Source: Acidimicrobiales bacterium
Lineage (GTDB): Bacteria; Actinomycetota; Acidimicrobiia; Acidimicrobiales; Aldehydirespiratoraceae
Reading direction: 5' to 3'
NCBI GenBank assembly: GCA_965116485.1
Contig: OZ220692.1
Location: 283,152-347,151 of the forward strand
DNA length: 64,000 bases
Under the pieces are notes generated by a model. That model was not told the origin of the DNA, did not search any database, and saw only the letters and a list, made by a program, of their open reading frames with translations. Within the stretch, counting starts at the first letter, position 1. Every line of letters begins with the position of its first letter. Positions 35,949 to 44,367 of this stretch are shown piece by piece. The translations under genes and the position numbers were made by a program.

Positions 35949-37208
35949 TCAGAGGTCGTAGAGATCACGCAGGGATTCAGCCAGACGATCCCGGCGGGCC
36001 CGTCCTGCAGCATCCTTGAGGTGCGTGGTGGGTCCGTGCAGCATCTTGTTGATGATCCGCTTGGTCAGGGCCTCGACTGCCGCGAGCTGTTCGGCGTCGA
36101 GGTCGGGCAGTTTCGCGGCCAGTCGCTCGAGTTCTGCGAGCCTGATCTCCTCGGCCTGTTGGCGCAGCGCGCTGATCAGCGGGGCAACCTCACGTGCTGA
36201 GGTCATCGATTGGTATCGCTGGACCTCGGAGTCGACGATCGCCACGACGCCGGCCACCTCGCGGTTGCGACTCTCGAGGCCGCCGTCGATGAAGTCGCCG
36301 ATGTCGTCCATGTTCAACAGGGTGACCCCTTTGAGCCGGCCCGCGGCGGGGTCGACGTCGCGGGGCACGGCGATGTCGACGATCACCAGCGGCAAGTCAC
36401 CGCGTCGAGCGGCGATGGACGCCACATCGGTGGCTTGCAGGATCAGTTCCTGAGCCCCGGTTGTGGTCACCAGCACCGCTGCTCGCGAGAGAACGTCCGG
36501 GAGTTCTGAAATATGCACGGCTGTGCCGTCACACACCCCGGCAGTTTGCACGGCCCGGTCGAATGTGCGGTTGGCGACGACTATTTCTGAGGCACCGGCC
36601 CCGGCCAGGGACCTGACGGTTCCCTCAGCCATCTCGCCGGCACCGATCACCAGCACGCTGCGCCCTGCTATGCCGCCGATGCGTTGGTCGGCCAGCGCCA
36701 CCGCGGCTTGTGACACCGAGGCGATTCCGCGCCCGATCGAAGTCTCGGAGCGGGCGCGTTTGCCCACTTCGATGGCGTGGCGGAAGAGGCCGCCGAGCAC
36801 CGCGCCGACGGCTCGTTCGCCGACCGAGCAGTCCCAGGCGTCGCGTACCTGGCCTAGGATCTCGTGTTCGCCGACCACGGCTGAGTCGAGGCCTGCTGCG
36901 ACTGAGAACAGGTGTCGTACCGCGTCGGCGTCGTGATAGGCGTAGAGATGGTCGGCCACGTCCTCGGGGGCCAGACCGGCGTGACGGGCCAGGAACTCCC
37001 GCACATCCTGGTAGCCGCCATGGAAGCGCTCGGCGAAGGCGTACACCTCGACACGGTTGCATGTGGACAGCACCACCACCTCGGAGAGGTGGTCTGCTTC
37101 TGCCAGCCCGCTCAGCACCTTCGGCAGTTCATCCGCGGCGACGGTCATCTGTTCGAGCTTGGCGAGCGGAGTTGACCGGTGATTACAACCAATCGCAACG
37201 ATCGACAC
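35949..37208 (-). CDS. hemA: glutamyl-tRNA reductase
   Basis: MSIVAIGCNHRSTPL, VVLSTCNRVEVY, NAD-binding VIGAGEMAE. Confidence 0.93.
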   Translation of the reverse strand: MSIVAIGCNHRSTPLAKLEQMTVAADELPKVLSGLAEADHLSEVVVLSTCNRVEVYAFAERFHGGYQDVREFLARHAGLAPEDVADHLYAYHDADAVRHLFSVAAGLDSAVVGEHEILGQVRDAWDCSVGERAVGAVLGGLFRHAIEVGKRARSETSIGRGIASVSQAAVALADQRIGGIAGRSVLVIGAGEMAEGTVRSLAGAGASEIVVANRTFDRAVQTAGVCDGTAVHISELPDVLSRAAVLVTTTGAQELILQATDVASIAARRGDLPLVIVDIAVPRDVDPAAGRLKGVTLLNMDDIGDFIDGGLESRNREVAGVVAIVDSEVQRYQSMTSAREVAPLISALRQQAEEIRLAELERLAAKLPDLDAEQLAAVEALTKRIINKMLHGPTTHLKDAAGRARRDRLAESLRDLYDL

Positions 37209-37286
37209 AGCCAGGTTCCTCTAGTCCGATGCTGGAGCCCGGTGGCTCACCGCTCAATTCTTTAGACCTGCAGAACGGTACCGGGA

Positions 37287-37976
37287 TCAGGAGCGTTCGG
37301 CGACCCCGCCGGTCTCTTGCGCCTTGTCTCTCCGCAGCGGCAGTTGGCGTTGCAGGTGGAATCCTAGGATCTGCAGTTCGGTGGAGAGGTCGACGGAGCG
37401 AACGTCGATCCCGTCGGGGGCGACGAGGACGGTCGGGGCGAAACTGAGGATCGAGCGAACCCCCGCTTCGACGAGCAGGTCGACGGTCTCCTGTGCGGCT
37501 TCGGCGGGCGTGGTGATCATCCCGATTGCGATCTTGTGGCCGGTCACGACTTCGGCTAGGTCCTTGGGATGGTGGACGGTCACTCCCTCGATGCTGGTGC
37601 CGACCTTGTCGGGGTCGGTGTCGACTGCGGCGACCACGGGAAACCCTCGGTCTGTGAAGCCGGCGTGGTTGGCGAGCGCCTGGCCGAGATTGCCGAGTCC
37701 GCAGACTACGACCGGCCATCGGTTGGTCACTCCCAGCGCACTGCTTATCTCAAAGATCAGATGGTCGACGTTGTATCCCACGCCTCTGGTTCCGTGCGGT
37801 CCGAGATAGCTGAGGTCCTTGCGCACCTTCGCGTCGTTGACTCCGGCCAGTTCGGCCAGGCCCACCGACGAGACCGTTGTCGGGCCGCCCGCAGCCAGTT
37901 CCAGGAGGCTTCTCAGGTACACGGGAAGGCGGGCGACCGTGGCTTCCGGAATGGGTTCGTGGTCGTTCACTGCCAC
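37287..37976 (-). CDS. rex: redox-sensing transcriptional repressor Rex
   Basis: ORF 37287..38147 trimmed to the GTG at 37976 (or 37970). IPEATVARLPVYLR, DAKVRKDLSYLG, Rossmann GLGNLGQAL. Sits directly upstream of hemACD, the order described for Streptomyces. Confidence 0.88.
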   Translation of the reverse strand: MAVNDHEPIPEATVARLPVYLRSLLELAAGGPTTVSSVGLAELAGVNDAKVRKDLSYLGPHGTRGVGYNVDHLIFEISSALGVTNRWPVVVCGLGNLGQALANHAGFTDRGFPVVAAVDTDPDKVGTSIEGVTVHHPKDLAEVVTGHKIAIGMITTPAEAAQETVDLLVEAGVRSILSFAPTVLVAPDGIDVRSVDLSTELQILGFHLQRQLPLRRDKAQETGGVAERS

Positions 37977-38010
37977 AACCGTAGTCGCTGGAGGCCGGCC
38001 CCAGTTCGGC

Positions 38011-38505
38011 CTACTCGCCAAGCAGTTCAGCCAGATCCTCCGCAATTCCCAACTCGTCCGCCCATCTCTGCATGTAGCTGACATCGAGGTCGTTGATGGC
38101 AGCCATCTCGACGCAGTCTCGCCATTGGATCTCGGACCGAGATTCAAGACGCCACCGGAGTTTGGCCAGAATCACGTCTTCGGGGGTGGCAATCCACGCG
38201 TCGACCCCGAGGACTTCCGCTGGAACTCTCCGGGCTATCCTGGATCTGGTGAAAGCGTCGGTTGGGGGAACGGCGAACACGTCTACCTTGCCGCCGCTCT
38301 GCGGGTGGAGGACGTTGAAAGAACCCCCGAGCTCAATCGCTTGATGTGCATCCGACTCTGGGAAGTACACCTCGTCCGCCTTGAGCGCCTCGAGCATGGC
38401 CTCACCGGACTCGGGGACCAATAGGACGACGATGTCCACATCGCGGGTCATTCGCGCCACACCCCAGGCGGCCGCCGCTGTGGAGCCCACCACGATCCAG
38501 TCCAT
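38011..38505 (-). CDS. minimal nucleotidyltransferase-fold protein
   Basis: The GS...DVD motif (VGSTAAAAWGVARMTRDVDIVV) fits the hG[GS]x9-13Dh[DE] nucleotidyltransferase signature. The conserved-looking N-terminal helix extends upstream to a CTG at 38562 (see findings). Confidence 0.6.
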   Translation of the reverse strand: MDWIVVGSTAAAAWGVARMTRDVDIVVLLVPESGEAMLEALKADEVYFPESDAHQAIELGGSFNVLHPQSGGKVDVFAVPPTDAFTRSRIARRVPAEVLGVDAWIATPEDVILAKLRWRLESRSEIQWRDCVEMAAINDLDVSYMQRWADELGIAEDLAELLGE

Positions 38506-38558
38506 GTCGGCCGTTTCAAGCGCGCTAATGGTGCGCTCAAACGCGGCAACGAGTTCGA

Positions 38559-38831
38559 TCAGGGCTCAATCCCAACGGAGTCAGGCCACACCTCATGGGC
38601 GAGTTCCTCGCCGTAGCGGGCAATTACCAGAGCCAAGAAGACCTCGCGGTCGTTGTAGCCGGGATGGCGATCCCGCGCTGCCTGCTCCTCCATAATCGCC
38701 CCGGCTTCGTTGAGTCGACGCCACTCCTCGAGCCGGTCCGGCACCGTTCGGGCGCGGATGGAGTCCATCTGATGCTGCCAGACCCGACGTGGTGTATCAG
38801 CGGAGAGAATGGGCGGATTGCGACGCTCCAT
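38559..38831 (-). CDS. hypothetical 90-aa protein upstream of the nucleotidyltransferase
   Basis: ORF 38559..39023 trimmed to the ATG at 38831; the 5' part of the long ORF runs through a repeat. No family recognised. Contains R-x6-H (RYGEELAH). Confidence 0.4.
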   Translation of the reverse strand: MERRNPPILSADTPRRVWQHQMDSIRARTVPDRLEEWRRLNEAGAIMEEQAARDRHPGYNDREVFLALVIARYGEELAHEVWPDSVGIEP

Positions 38832-38931
38832 GACAGAGCCAATCTTAGTGGGCCCCCACGACAGTTGCCCGCAGCCGGCTTGACACAACCGAGCGCGCCG
38901 ACGGGTGCTTGCCCGGGAGCGGGCGGACCCT

Positions 38932-39073
38932 GCCCGCCGCCCGCGCGCTCGGAGAACGCCACTCGATGATGCGTGCCTGTGTGTCTGCGTCCGGCCGCCG
39001 CCCGCGCGCTCGGAGAACGCCATAGTCCCCGCGGTCGCGGCAGTCTTTCCGCTTGCCGCCCGCTCTCGGAGTC
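38932..39073. repeat. 61-bp-period direct repeats (GCCGCCCGCGCGCTCGGAGAACGCCA twice, plus a degenerate third)
   Basis: Near-identical 30-mers (one mismatch) at 38932..38961 and 38993..39022. A degenerate copy at 39052..39073 overlaps the stop of the acyl-CoA ligase gene. Confidence 0.8.
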
Positions 39074-40595
39074 AGCGGAGTTCGCGACGCAGTACCTTGC
39101 CGCCCATGCCGCGCGGGATCTCGTCGACGAAATCGATCTTGGTGGGGCATTTGTAGCGAGCCAGTTCGTTGGCGCACCATGCGACCAGATCGTCCTCCTC
39201 CACCATGTGGCCGTCCTCGGCCACTACGAAGGCCTTGACTGCCTCTCCGCTGTATGGGTGGGGGACCCCGACCACTCCCGCTTCGCGAACCGCCGGATGT
39301 GTGACGAGCACCCGTTCCACCTCGGCGGGGAAGACGTTGAATCCGGAGACGATGACCAGATCCTTGGCTCTGTCCACCAGGTAGAGGCAGCCGTCGTCAT
39401 CGACCACCGCGATGTCGCCGGTGTGGAGCCAACCCTCCTCGTCGATGACTCTGGCGGTGGCGACGGGGTCGCCGAGGTACCCCCGAAAGACGTTCGGGCC
39501 TCTCACCAGAACCTCGCCCGGGTCACCGACGTACACGTCGTCGCCGTCGTTGTCCACGAGTCGCACTTCCAGGCCGGGGATGGGCCGTCCGATCGAGCCG
39601 ATCGGCGCGTCGGTTCCGGTGGCGAGTGTTACTGTCGGGCTTGCTTCGGTCAGGCCGTAGCCCTCGTAGATGCGCAGACCGAATCGGGCCTGCGCCTCGG
39701 TGACCACCCGGTCCGGGATTGCCGCGGCGCCCGAGGCGGCCAGGCGGATCTGCGAGAACGCTTCTTCTTCGACGTCTTCGAGACGGGTTAACGCCGACCA
39801 CATGGTCGGTGGACCGGCCAGCGTGCTGACCTGCTCTTCCACGAGCAGCTCGACCATCGACACTGGATCGAATCGTTCGACCAGCACCAGTGTGGCGCCG
39901 ACCCAGAGCGAGAGGTTGAGGATCGAGTTGAGTCCCAGCACATGAAAGAGCGGAACAACGCAGACGGTCACGTCGTCGGGGCGGGCCACCTGCTCCGGCC
40001 GGGCCAGCACCTGGCGAATGTTCGACGCCAGGTTGCCGTGGGTGAGCATGGCGGCTTTGGGGCTGCCTGCGGTGCCGCTGGTGAAAAGCAGGGTCGCGAG
40101 CTGTTCGTCGTCCCTGTCGACGATCGGCACGGGTTCCGCGTTTGCGGTGGCATCGGTGGCGCCGGCCTGCGCTACGGCTGCGTCGAGGTCGATGGCGCCT
40201 TCGAGCACCGCGCCTGCGGGCACGAGGCTGTGTTCGAGGGAGGGCACCTTCGAGAAGTCGAGGCTTTCCAGGGCGGCCACTCCTGCGGGACCGGCGATCA
40301 CGGCTCTGGCATTGACGACCGCCAGCTCACGTTGGAGTTCGGCCGCGGGCGCCTGCGGGTTGAGGGGGACCGCCACCATCCCGGCCCCGACCGTCCCGTA
40401 CCATGCGTGTACGAACCGCGTGTTGGTGCCGCAGAGAATGGCGACTCTGTCTCCGGCTTCGAGGCCGAGACCGACGAGCACGGCTCGGACGGCGGCGATC
40501 TCTGCGCGGAGTCTGCCGTAGGTGACGCGGTCGCCGGCGGAGACGATGGCGGTGCGGCTACCGGGATGGTCTTCGAGCAGAGTGGCGATGTTCAC
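39072..40595 (-). CDS. AMP-dependent acyl-CoA synthetase/ligase
   Basis: AMP-binding motif LLFTSGTAGSPKAAMLTHGN, YGLTEASP, GWLHTGD, and the C-terminal GKVLRREL. Confidence 0.9.
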   Translation of the reverse strand: MNIATLLEDHPGSRTAIVSAGDRVTYGRLRAEIAAVRAVLVGLGLEAGDRVAILCGTNTRFVHAWYGTVGAGMVAVPLNPQAPAAELQRELAVVNARAVIAGPAGVAALESLDFSKVPSLEHSLVPAGAVLEGAIDLDAAVAQAGATDATANAEPVPIVDRDDEQLATLLFTSGTAGSPKAAMLTHGNLASNIRQVLARPEQVARPDDVTVCVVPLFHVLGLNSILNLSLWVGATLVLVERFDPVSMVELLVEEQVSTLAGPPTMWSALTRLEDVEEEAFSQIRLAASGAAAIPDRVVTEAQARFGLRIYEGYGLTEASPTVTLATGTDAPIGSIGRPIPGLEVRLVDNDGDDVYVGDPGEVLVRGPNVFRGYLGDPVATARVIDEEGWLHTGDIAVVDDDGCLYLVDRAKDLVIVSGFNVFPAEVERVLVTHPAVREAGVVGVPHPYSGEAVKAFVVAEDGHMVEEDDLVAWCANELARYKCPTKIDFVDEIPRGMGGKVLRRELR

Positions 40596-40720
40596 GGCGG
40601 TGGGTCTCCCTTGGTTGGATCAACCACGGTGGGACCGCCGAGGTGTTCGGATCAACACCGCGGGATCACCACAGTTGGATCACCGCAATGATGGCGCGCT
40701 GTCCGATGCCCGGGCCAAGC

Positions 40721-40920
40721 GCGCGCAAATAGGCAAGTCTTCGAGTTGCAAAACGTTGTTTCCCGCTCTTGTTCGCTTCGCTCACCGGGCCGCTTGAGCC
40801 ACGGGCGGGCCGCTCGGGCCACGCGCGGGCCGCTCGAGCCACGCGCGGGCCGCTCGAGCCACGGCCCCGCAAATCAAGCCGTTCGCACTCGGAAATCCCC
40901 TGCCTGTTCGCGGGGCCTCT
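40721..40920 (+). mobile_element. modular MITE/BOX-like GC-rich element, copy with A x1, B x4
   Basis: Left end CGCAAATAGG (40724). A module GTTTCCCGCTCTTGTTCGCTTCGCTC (40758). Four roughly 20-bp GGGCCGCTCGAGCCAC-type modules (40784..40862). Terminal hairpin GGCCCCGC...GCGGGGCC (40863..40917) whose outer arm is an 8/10 inverted copy of the left end. Confidence 0.6.
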
Positions 40921-41019
40921 AAGCGACCGGCGGAGCAGTTCACAGCAGTAGGAACTGAACCGCTGAAGCACCCAGGATCAGCATCAGCAGAATCACGATT
41001 GCGATGGTGGTGCCGCTTC

Positions 41020-41934
41020 TCATTGCTGATTTCCCTTTCTTTGGATCTCAACCGTGATGGTCGCCCCACCCCTTTGGTCGCCGGTTGCTGTGAGGCTGTC
41101 GGTTGCTGTCAGGCGTATCTCGTCGCCTTCGGCCAGGTCGAATTCGCTCGCAGCCGATCCTCGGGCGATCGCCAGTGAGAGCAGGCCGCTGGAGTCGACC
41201 ATCAGGCCCGCGCGTCCGGTGGGGATCTGGTCGTAGGCTTCGGTCCGCATCCCGATCTTCTCCGTGTTGGGCATGGCTACCAGCATTGTTGTGCCGAACT
41301 GGTCGATGTCGACGGGGTCGACGTTGAGCTGGCAGTTGCCGAAGCGGTCGATCCACAGCACTTCGGCCACTAGTTCGTCGCCTTCCATCTGGCTCACCGG
41401 CAGCACGCCTGGTACCAGGCCGGCGGTGTCGATGTCTTCTCCGAGTTCTTCGAGCGGGACCCCGTTGCACAGGTGCGCTGCGGCCGGCGCGAACACGTCG
41501 CGGCCGTCGAAGGTCGCGCCTCCGGCCAAGGGCAGTCGGTGGTCCTGGGAGGTTAGTTCGACGGCTCGGGTGGCGCCGCCGACAAGACCGACTGCGGGGG
41601 CCAACAGTCCGTTGTCGGGCCCGACCAGATACGACGCTCCGTCGCCGACTTCGATTGCCACCGCTCGCCGTCGGGTTCCGACGCCCGGGTCTACCACTGC
41701 GACGACAACGCCCGGGCACAGGTAGTTGGCGGACCGCGCGAGGGCCAGGCCCCCTGCCCGGGTGTCGTGGGGGGTGATTCCGTGCGTGACGTCGATGATC
41801 GACACATGAGGGGAGATCGAGCGGATCACCGAGTGGACGACCCCCACGAATTCGTCTTGGTGCCCGTAGTCGGAGAGGAACGAGACGGTGTCGAGTCGGG
41901 CGGCCATGTCGATCTCGTCAGCTTCCGAGCTCAC
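41020..41934 (-). CDS. SAM hydrolase / SAM-dependent halogenase family (DUF62) protein
   Basis: FLSDYGHQDEFVGVVHSVI, IDVTHGI and overall length fit the family. An alternative ATG at 41907 would remove the 17-nt overlap with proC. Confidence 0.7.
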   Translation of the reverse strand: MSSEADEIDMAARLDTVSFLSDYGHQDEFVGVVHSVIRSISPHVSIIDVTHGITPHDTRAGGLALARSANYLCPGVVVAVVDPGVGTRRRAVAIEVGDGASYLVGPDNGLLAPAVGLVGGATRAVELTSQDHRLPLAGGATFDGRDVFAPAAAHLCNGVPLEELGEDIDTAGLVPGVLPVSQMEGDELVAEVLWIDRFGNCQLNVDPVDIDQFGTTMLVAMPNTEKIGMRTEAYDQIPTGRAGLMVDSSGLLSLAIARGSAASEFDLAEGDEIRLTATDSLTATGDQRGGATITVEIQRKGNQQ

Positions 41935-42703
41935 GCGATCTCTGCGTGGCCGCCCGCACCACTCTGCCCACGAGCGCGACCAGATCTGCCTCGGCGAGCA
42001 CCGCCAGGCCCGCTGCGGTGGTGCCTCCGGGCGAGGTGACGTTGCTGCGCAGCACCGCGGGGTCTTCGCCCGATTCGCAGAGCAGCGCGGCTGCGCCGAG
42101 GAGGGTCTGGCGGGTGAGGGCGTCGGCCGTTTCGGGGGCCAGGCCTTCGGCGATCCCGGCTGCGGTCAGCGCCTCAGCGAGGTGGAAGATGTAGGCGGGG
42201 CCTGATCCTGACAGTCCTGTGACCGCGTCGAGGTCGCTCTCGTCGACGAGTTCGACAGTGCCTACCGCGCCCATGATTCCCGCCGCCCAGTCGAGGTCGT
42301 CGGGGCCTGCTGCGGCGCCTTTGGCTATGGCTGCGGCGCCTTTCCCTACCAGCGCGGGTGTGTTGGGCATGCATCGCACGACCGCAGTGCCTGCCGGAAG
42401 CTGCTGTTCGATCATCTCGGTTCGCACTCCTGCGGCGATGGACAGGACGCGGGTGACTCCGGCTGCGGCGAGACCACCGAGGACCGCGGCCACGACGTCG
42501 GGTTTGACGGCGATGAGCGCGTCGGTCTCGGCGACCGGTTCGGTTCCTATCGACATCGACGGATGCTCGGCCGAGAGCAGCGCCCGGCGCTCCGTGACGG
42601 GTTCCACGACGTGCAGCTCGTCGGCTGCGGCCCAGCCCCGACCGACCAGCCCTCCGAGCAGCGCTTCGGCCATCTTGCCGCCGCCGATCATCTGCAGTCT
42701 CAT
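41918..42703 (-). CDS. proC: pyrroline-5-carboxylate reductase
   Basis: MIGGGKMAEALLGG, VRCMPNTPALVGKGA, GSGPAYIFHLAEAL, VTSPGGTT. Confidence 0.92.
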   Translation of the reverse strand: MRLQMIGGGKMAEALLGGLVGRGWAAADELHVVEPVTERRALLSAEHPSMSIGTEPVAETDALIAVKPDVVAAVLGGLAAAGVTRVLSIAAGVRTEMIEQQLPAGTAVVRCMPNTPALVGKGAAAIAKGAAAGPDDLDWAAGIMGAVGTVELVDESDLDAVTGLSGSGPAYIFHLAEALTAAGIAEGLAPETADALTRQTLLGAAALLCESGEDPAVLRSNVTSPGGTTAAGLAVLAEADLVALVGRVVRAATQRSRELGS

Positions 42704-42771
42704 CCGACGAACGGTACCCCGCCGGGCGCCGTTTCATTGGCAGTCCCCCTGTTGGGCAGTACGATGCGCGT

Positions 42772-43692
42772 GTGCATGCGGGGGACTTGTTGGCTGAGTC
42801 TTGTGAGTCGACGGGTTCGGTTGCTTGTGTGGGTTTGGACCCCCGGCCGGAGCTGATCCCCGCAGAGATCGTCAGGTCAGCGGTCGCTCAGACCGATGAT
42901 CCGCGTCAGCAGGTGGCGATTGCTTTCGAGACTTTCATGGTGTCGATCGTGCGCGCGGTGGCGGGCCATTGTGCGGCGGTGAAGCCGCAGGCCGCGTGTT
43001 ACGAGGCTTACGGTTCGGTCGGGTGGCAGGTGTTGGAGGGGATTGTGGCTGAGGCTCGCAGCCTCGGTGTGCCGGTGATTCTGGATGCCAAGCGCTCCGA
43101 CATCGGATCGACCGCTGTGCACTATAGACAGGGCCTGCTCACGTCGGCCCCTGGGCTGGTCGGTTCTCAACTACTGCCCGGGGTTGGTGCTGACTGGATC
43201 ACCGCGAACCCCTACCTGGGAGGTGATTCGGTCGAACCGCTGATCGGTCGTCCCGAGGAGGGCAAGGGTGTTTTCGTGCTGGTGCGCACCTCGAATCCGG
43301 GCGCCGCGGATTTCCAGGATCAGGTCGTCGGCGGCGGTTCGCTGCTGAAGGTGGTGGCGGCAAAGGTTCACGAGTTGGGGCGGGGGCGACGGGGCGCGAG
43401 CGGATTTTCTGATGTCGGGGCTGTGGTCGGTGCGACCTGGCCCTCCGAGGCGGCGGAGTTGCGGGCGATGCTTCCCGACACGTTGTTCCTGGTACCTGGA
43501 TTCGGCGCTCAAGGCGGCGACGCTTCACAGGCAGTGGCCGGCTGCACCGATCAGGGAAGGGGGGTCCTGGTCAATTCGAGCCGGGCGATTCTGGGCGCCT
43601 GGCAATCGGGGACCGACCCCACCGACCCGGTCGAGGCTGCCCGCGCCGAGCTCGACGAGATGAACCGGCAACTCTGCGCCGCGCTGCCCTAG
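42772..43692 (+). CDS. pyrF: orotidine 5'-phosphate decarboxylase (type 2)
   Basis: CVGLDPRPELIP, ILDAKRSDIGSTA, FLVPGFGAQGG. GTG start. Confidence 0.88.
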   Translation: MHAGDLLAESCESTGSVACVGLDPRPELIPAEIVRSAVAQTDDPRQQVAIAFETFMVSIVRAVAGHCAAVKPQAACYEAYGSVGWQVLEGIVAEARSLGVPVILDAKRSDIGSTAVHYRQGLLTSAPGLVGSQLLPGVGADWITANPYLGGDSVEPLIGRPEEGKGVFVLVRTSNPGAADFQDQVVGGGSLLKVVAAKVHELGRGRRGASGFSDVGAVVGATWPSEAAELRAMLPDTLFLVPGFGAQGGDASQAVAGCTDQGRGVLVNSSRAILGAWQSGTDPTDPVEAARAELDEMNRQLCAALP

Positions 43693-43701
43693 CCCCGATT
43701 T

Positions 43702-43752
43702 CGTTCTGGCGGCGCGAAGCGCCAGTTGCCGACCCATGGCACCGCCAGAACG
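43702..43752. terminator. hairpin (11-bp stem CGTTCTGGCGG / CCGCCAGAACG) after pyrF
   Basis: Perfect 11-bp inverted repeat with a 29-nt loop that itself contains GGCGC-GAA-GCGCC. Lies between convergent genes. No U tract. Confidence 0.35.
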
Positions 43753-43766
43753 ATGGGGGGTGGTGG

Positions 43767-43813
43767 GCGGGACGTCGAAGCAGCAACTTCCCCGAAGGCT
43801 CCGCCGTCCCGCC
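43767..43813. terminator. second hairpin (9-bp stem GGCGGGACG / CGTCCCGCC)
   Basis: Perfect 9-bp inverted repeat, followed by a roughly 40-nt AT-rich tract (43822..43860). Confidence 0.3.
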
Positions 43814-43876
43814 TAGCCGACAACCAATATACATCAAATCATTTAAAAATCAATATAAATTCGAGACAGCCTTGGG

Positions 43877-44338
43877 TCAAGCGAACCGAGAGGCGAAGCC
43901 GATCCGCAGTGCCGGCTTGAAACAGAGCTCGACCGCTGCCCACAAAGACCCCAGTATTCGGTCGAGTTCGGCTTCGGTCACTGCGGCTACCGGCAATGAG
44001 CCGCTCAGGAACACGGCGTCCTCCTCACCGATCTCGAAGCTGAGGCCTGTCAGCTTGTGATTGCGCCGCAGCAGGTGGCGATAGAACTCGGCTTCGTGGG
44101 TCTCGGGCGCCGGCATCACGTAGGTCTCGAAGGCCAGGGTGCGCTGCCCCAGTGTGAGCCAGGCGGTCCAGACGTCTTTTTCTTCGCCGAGCACACGAAC
44201 GAACCAGCGGACAATGTCGTCGGTGCTGCGCTCCACGGCGTCAACCAGAGGATTGGTGGCCTCTGCCTGTTCGAGCCAGTTGTCGATGCGCTGCTCTACG
44301 GCTGCCAACTCGGCGGGTGTGGCGAGAGGCGGTTCCAT
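43877..44338 (-). CDS. YbjN-like (type III secretion chaperone-like fold) protein
   Basis: Size and pattern (FVRVLGEEKDVWTAWLTLGQRTLAFETYVM) fit the YbjN family. It sits immediately downstream of mshA, a synteny I recall from Mycobacterium (Rv0486-Rv0487). Confidence 0.55.
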   Translation of the reverse strand: MEPPLATPAELAAVEQRIDNWLEQAEATNPLVDAVERSTDDIVRWFVRVLGEEKDVWTAWLTLGQRTLAFETYVMPAPETHEAEFYRHLLRRNHKLTGLSFEIGEEDAVFLSGSLPVAAVTEAELDRILGSLWAAVELCFKPALRIGFASRFA

Positions 44339-44367
44339 CGCGCGACATTACCTGTGGTGTCTTCGGA

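Noticed and set aside
38845-39180. ORFs crossing the 61-bp-period repeats (38559..39023 5' part, 38845..39180, 38905..39156)
   Set aside because: The translations are Arg/Ala-rich and repeat-derived. The region is better explained as intergenic repeats between the acyl-CoA ligase gene and the 90-aa ORF.
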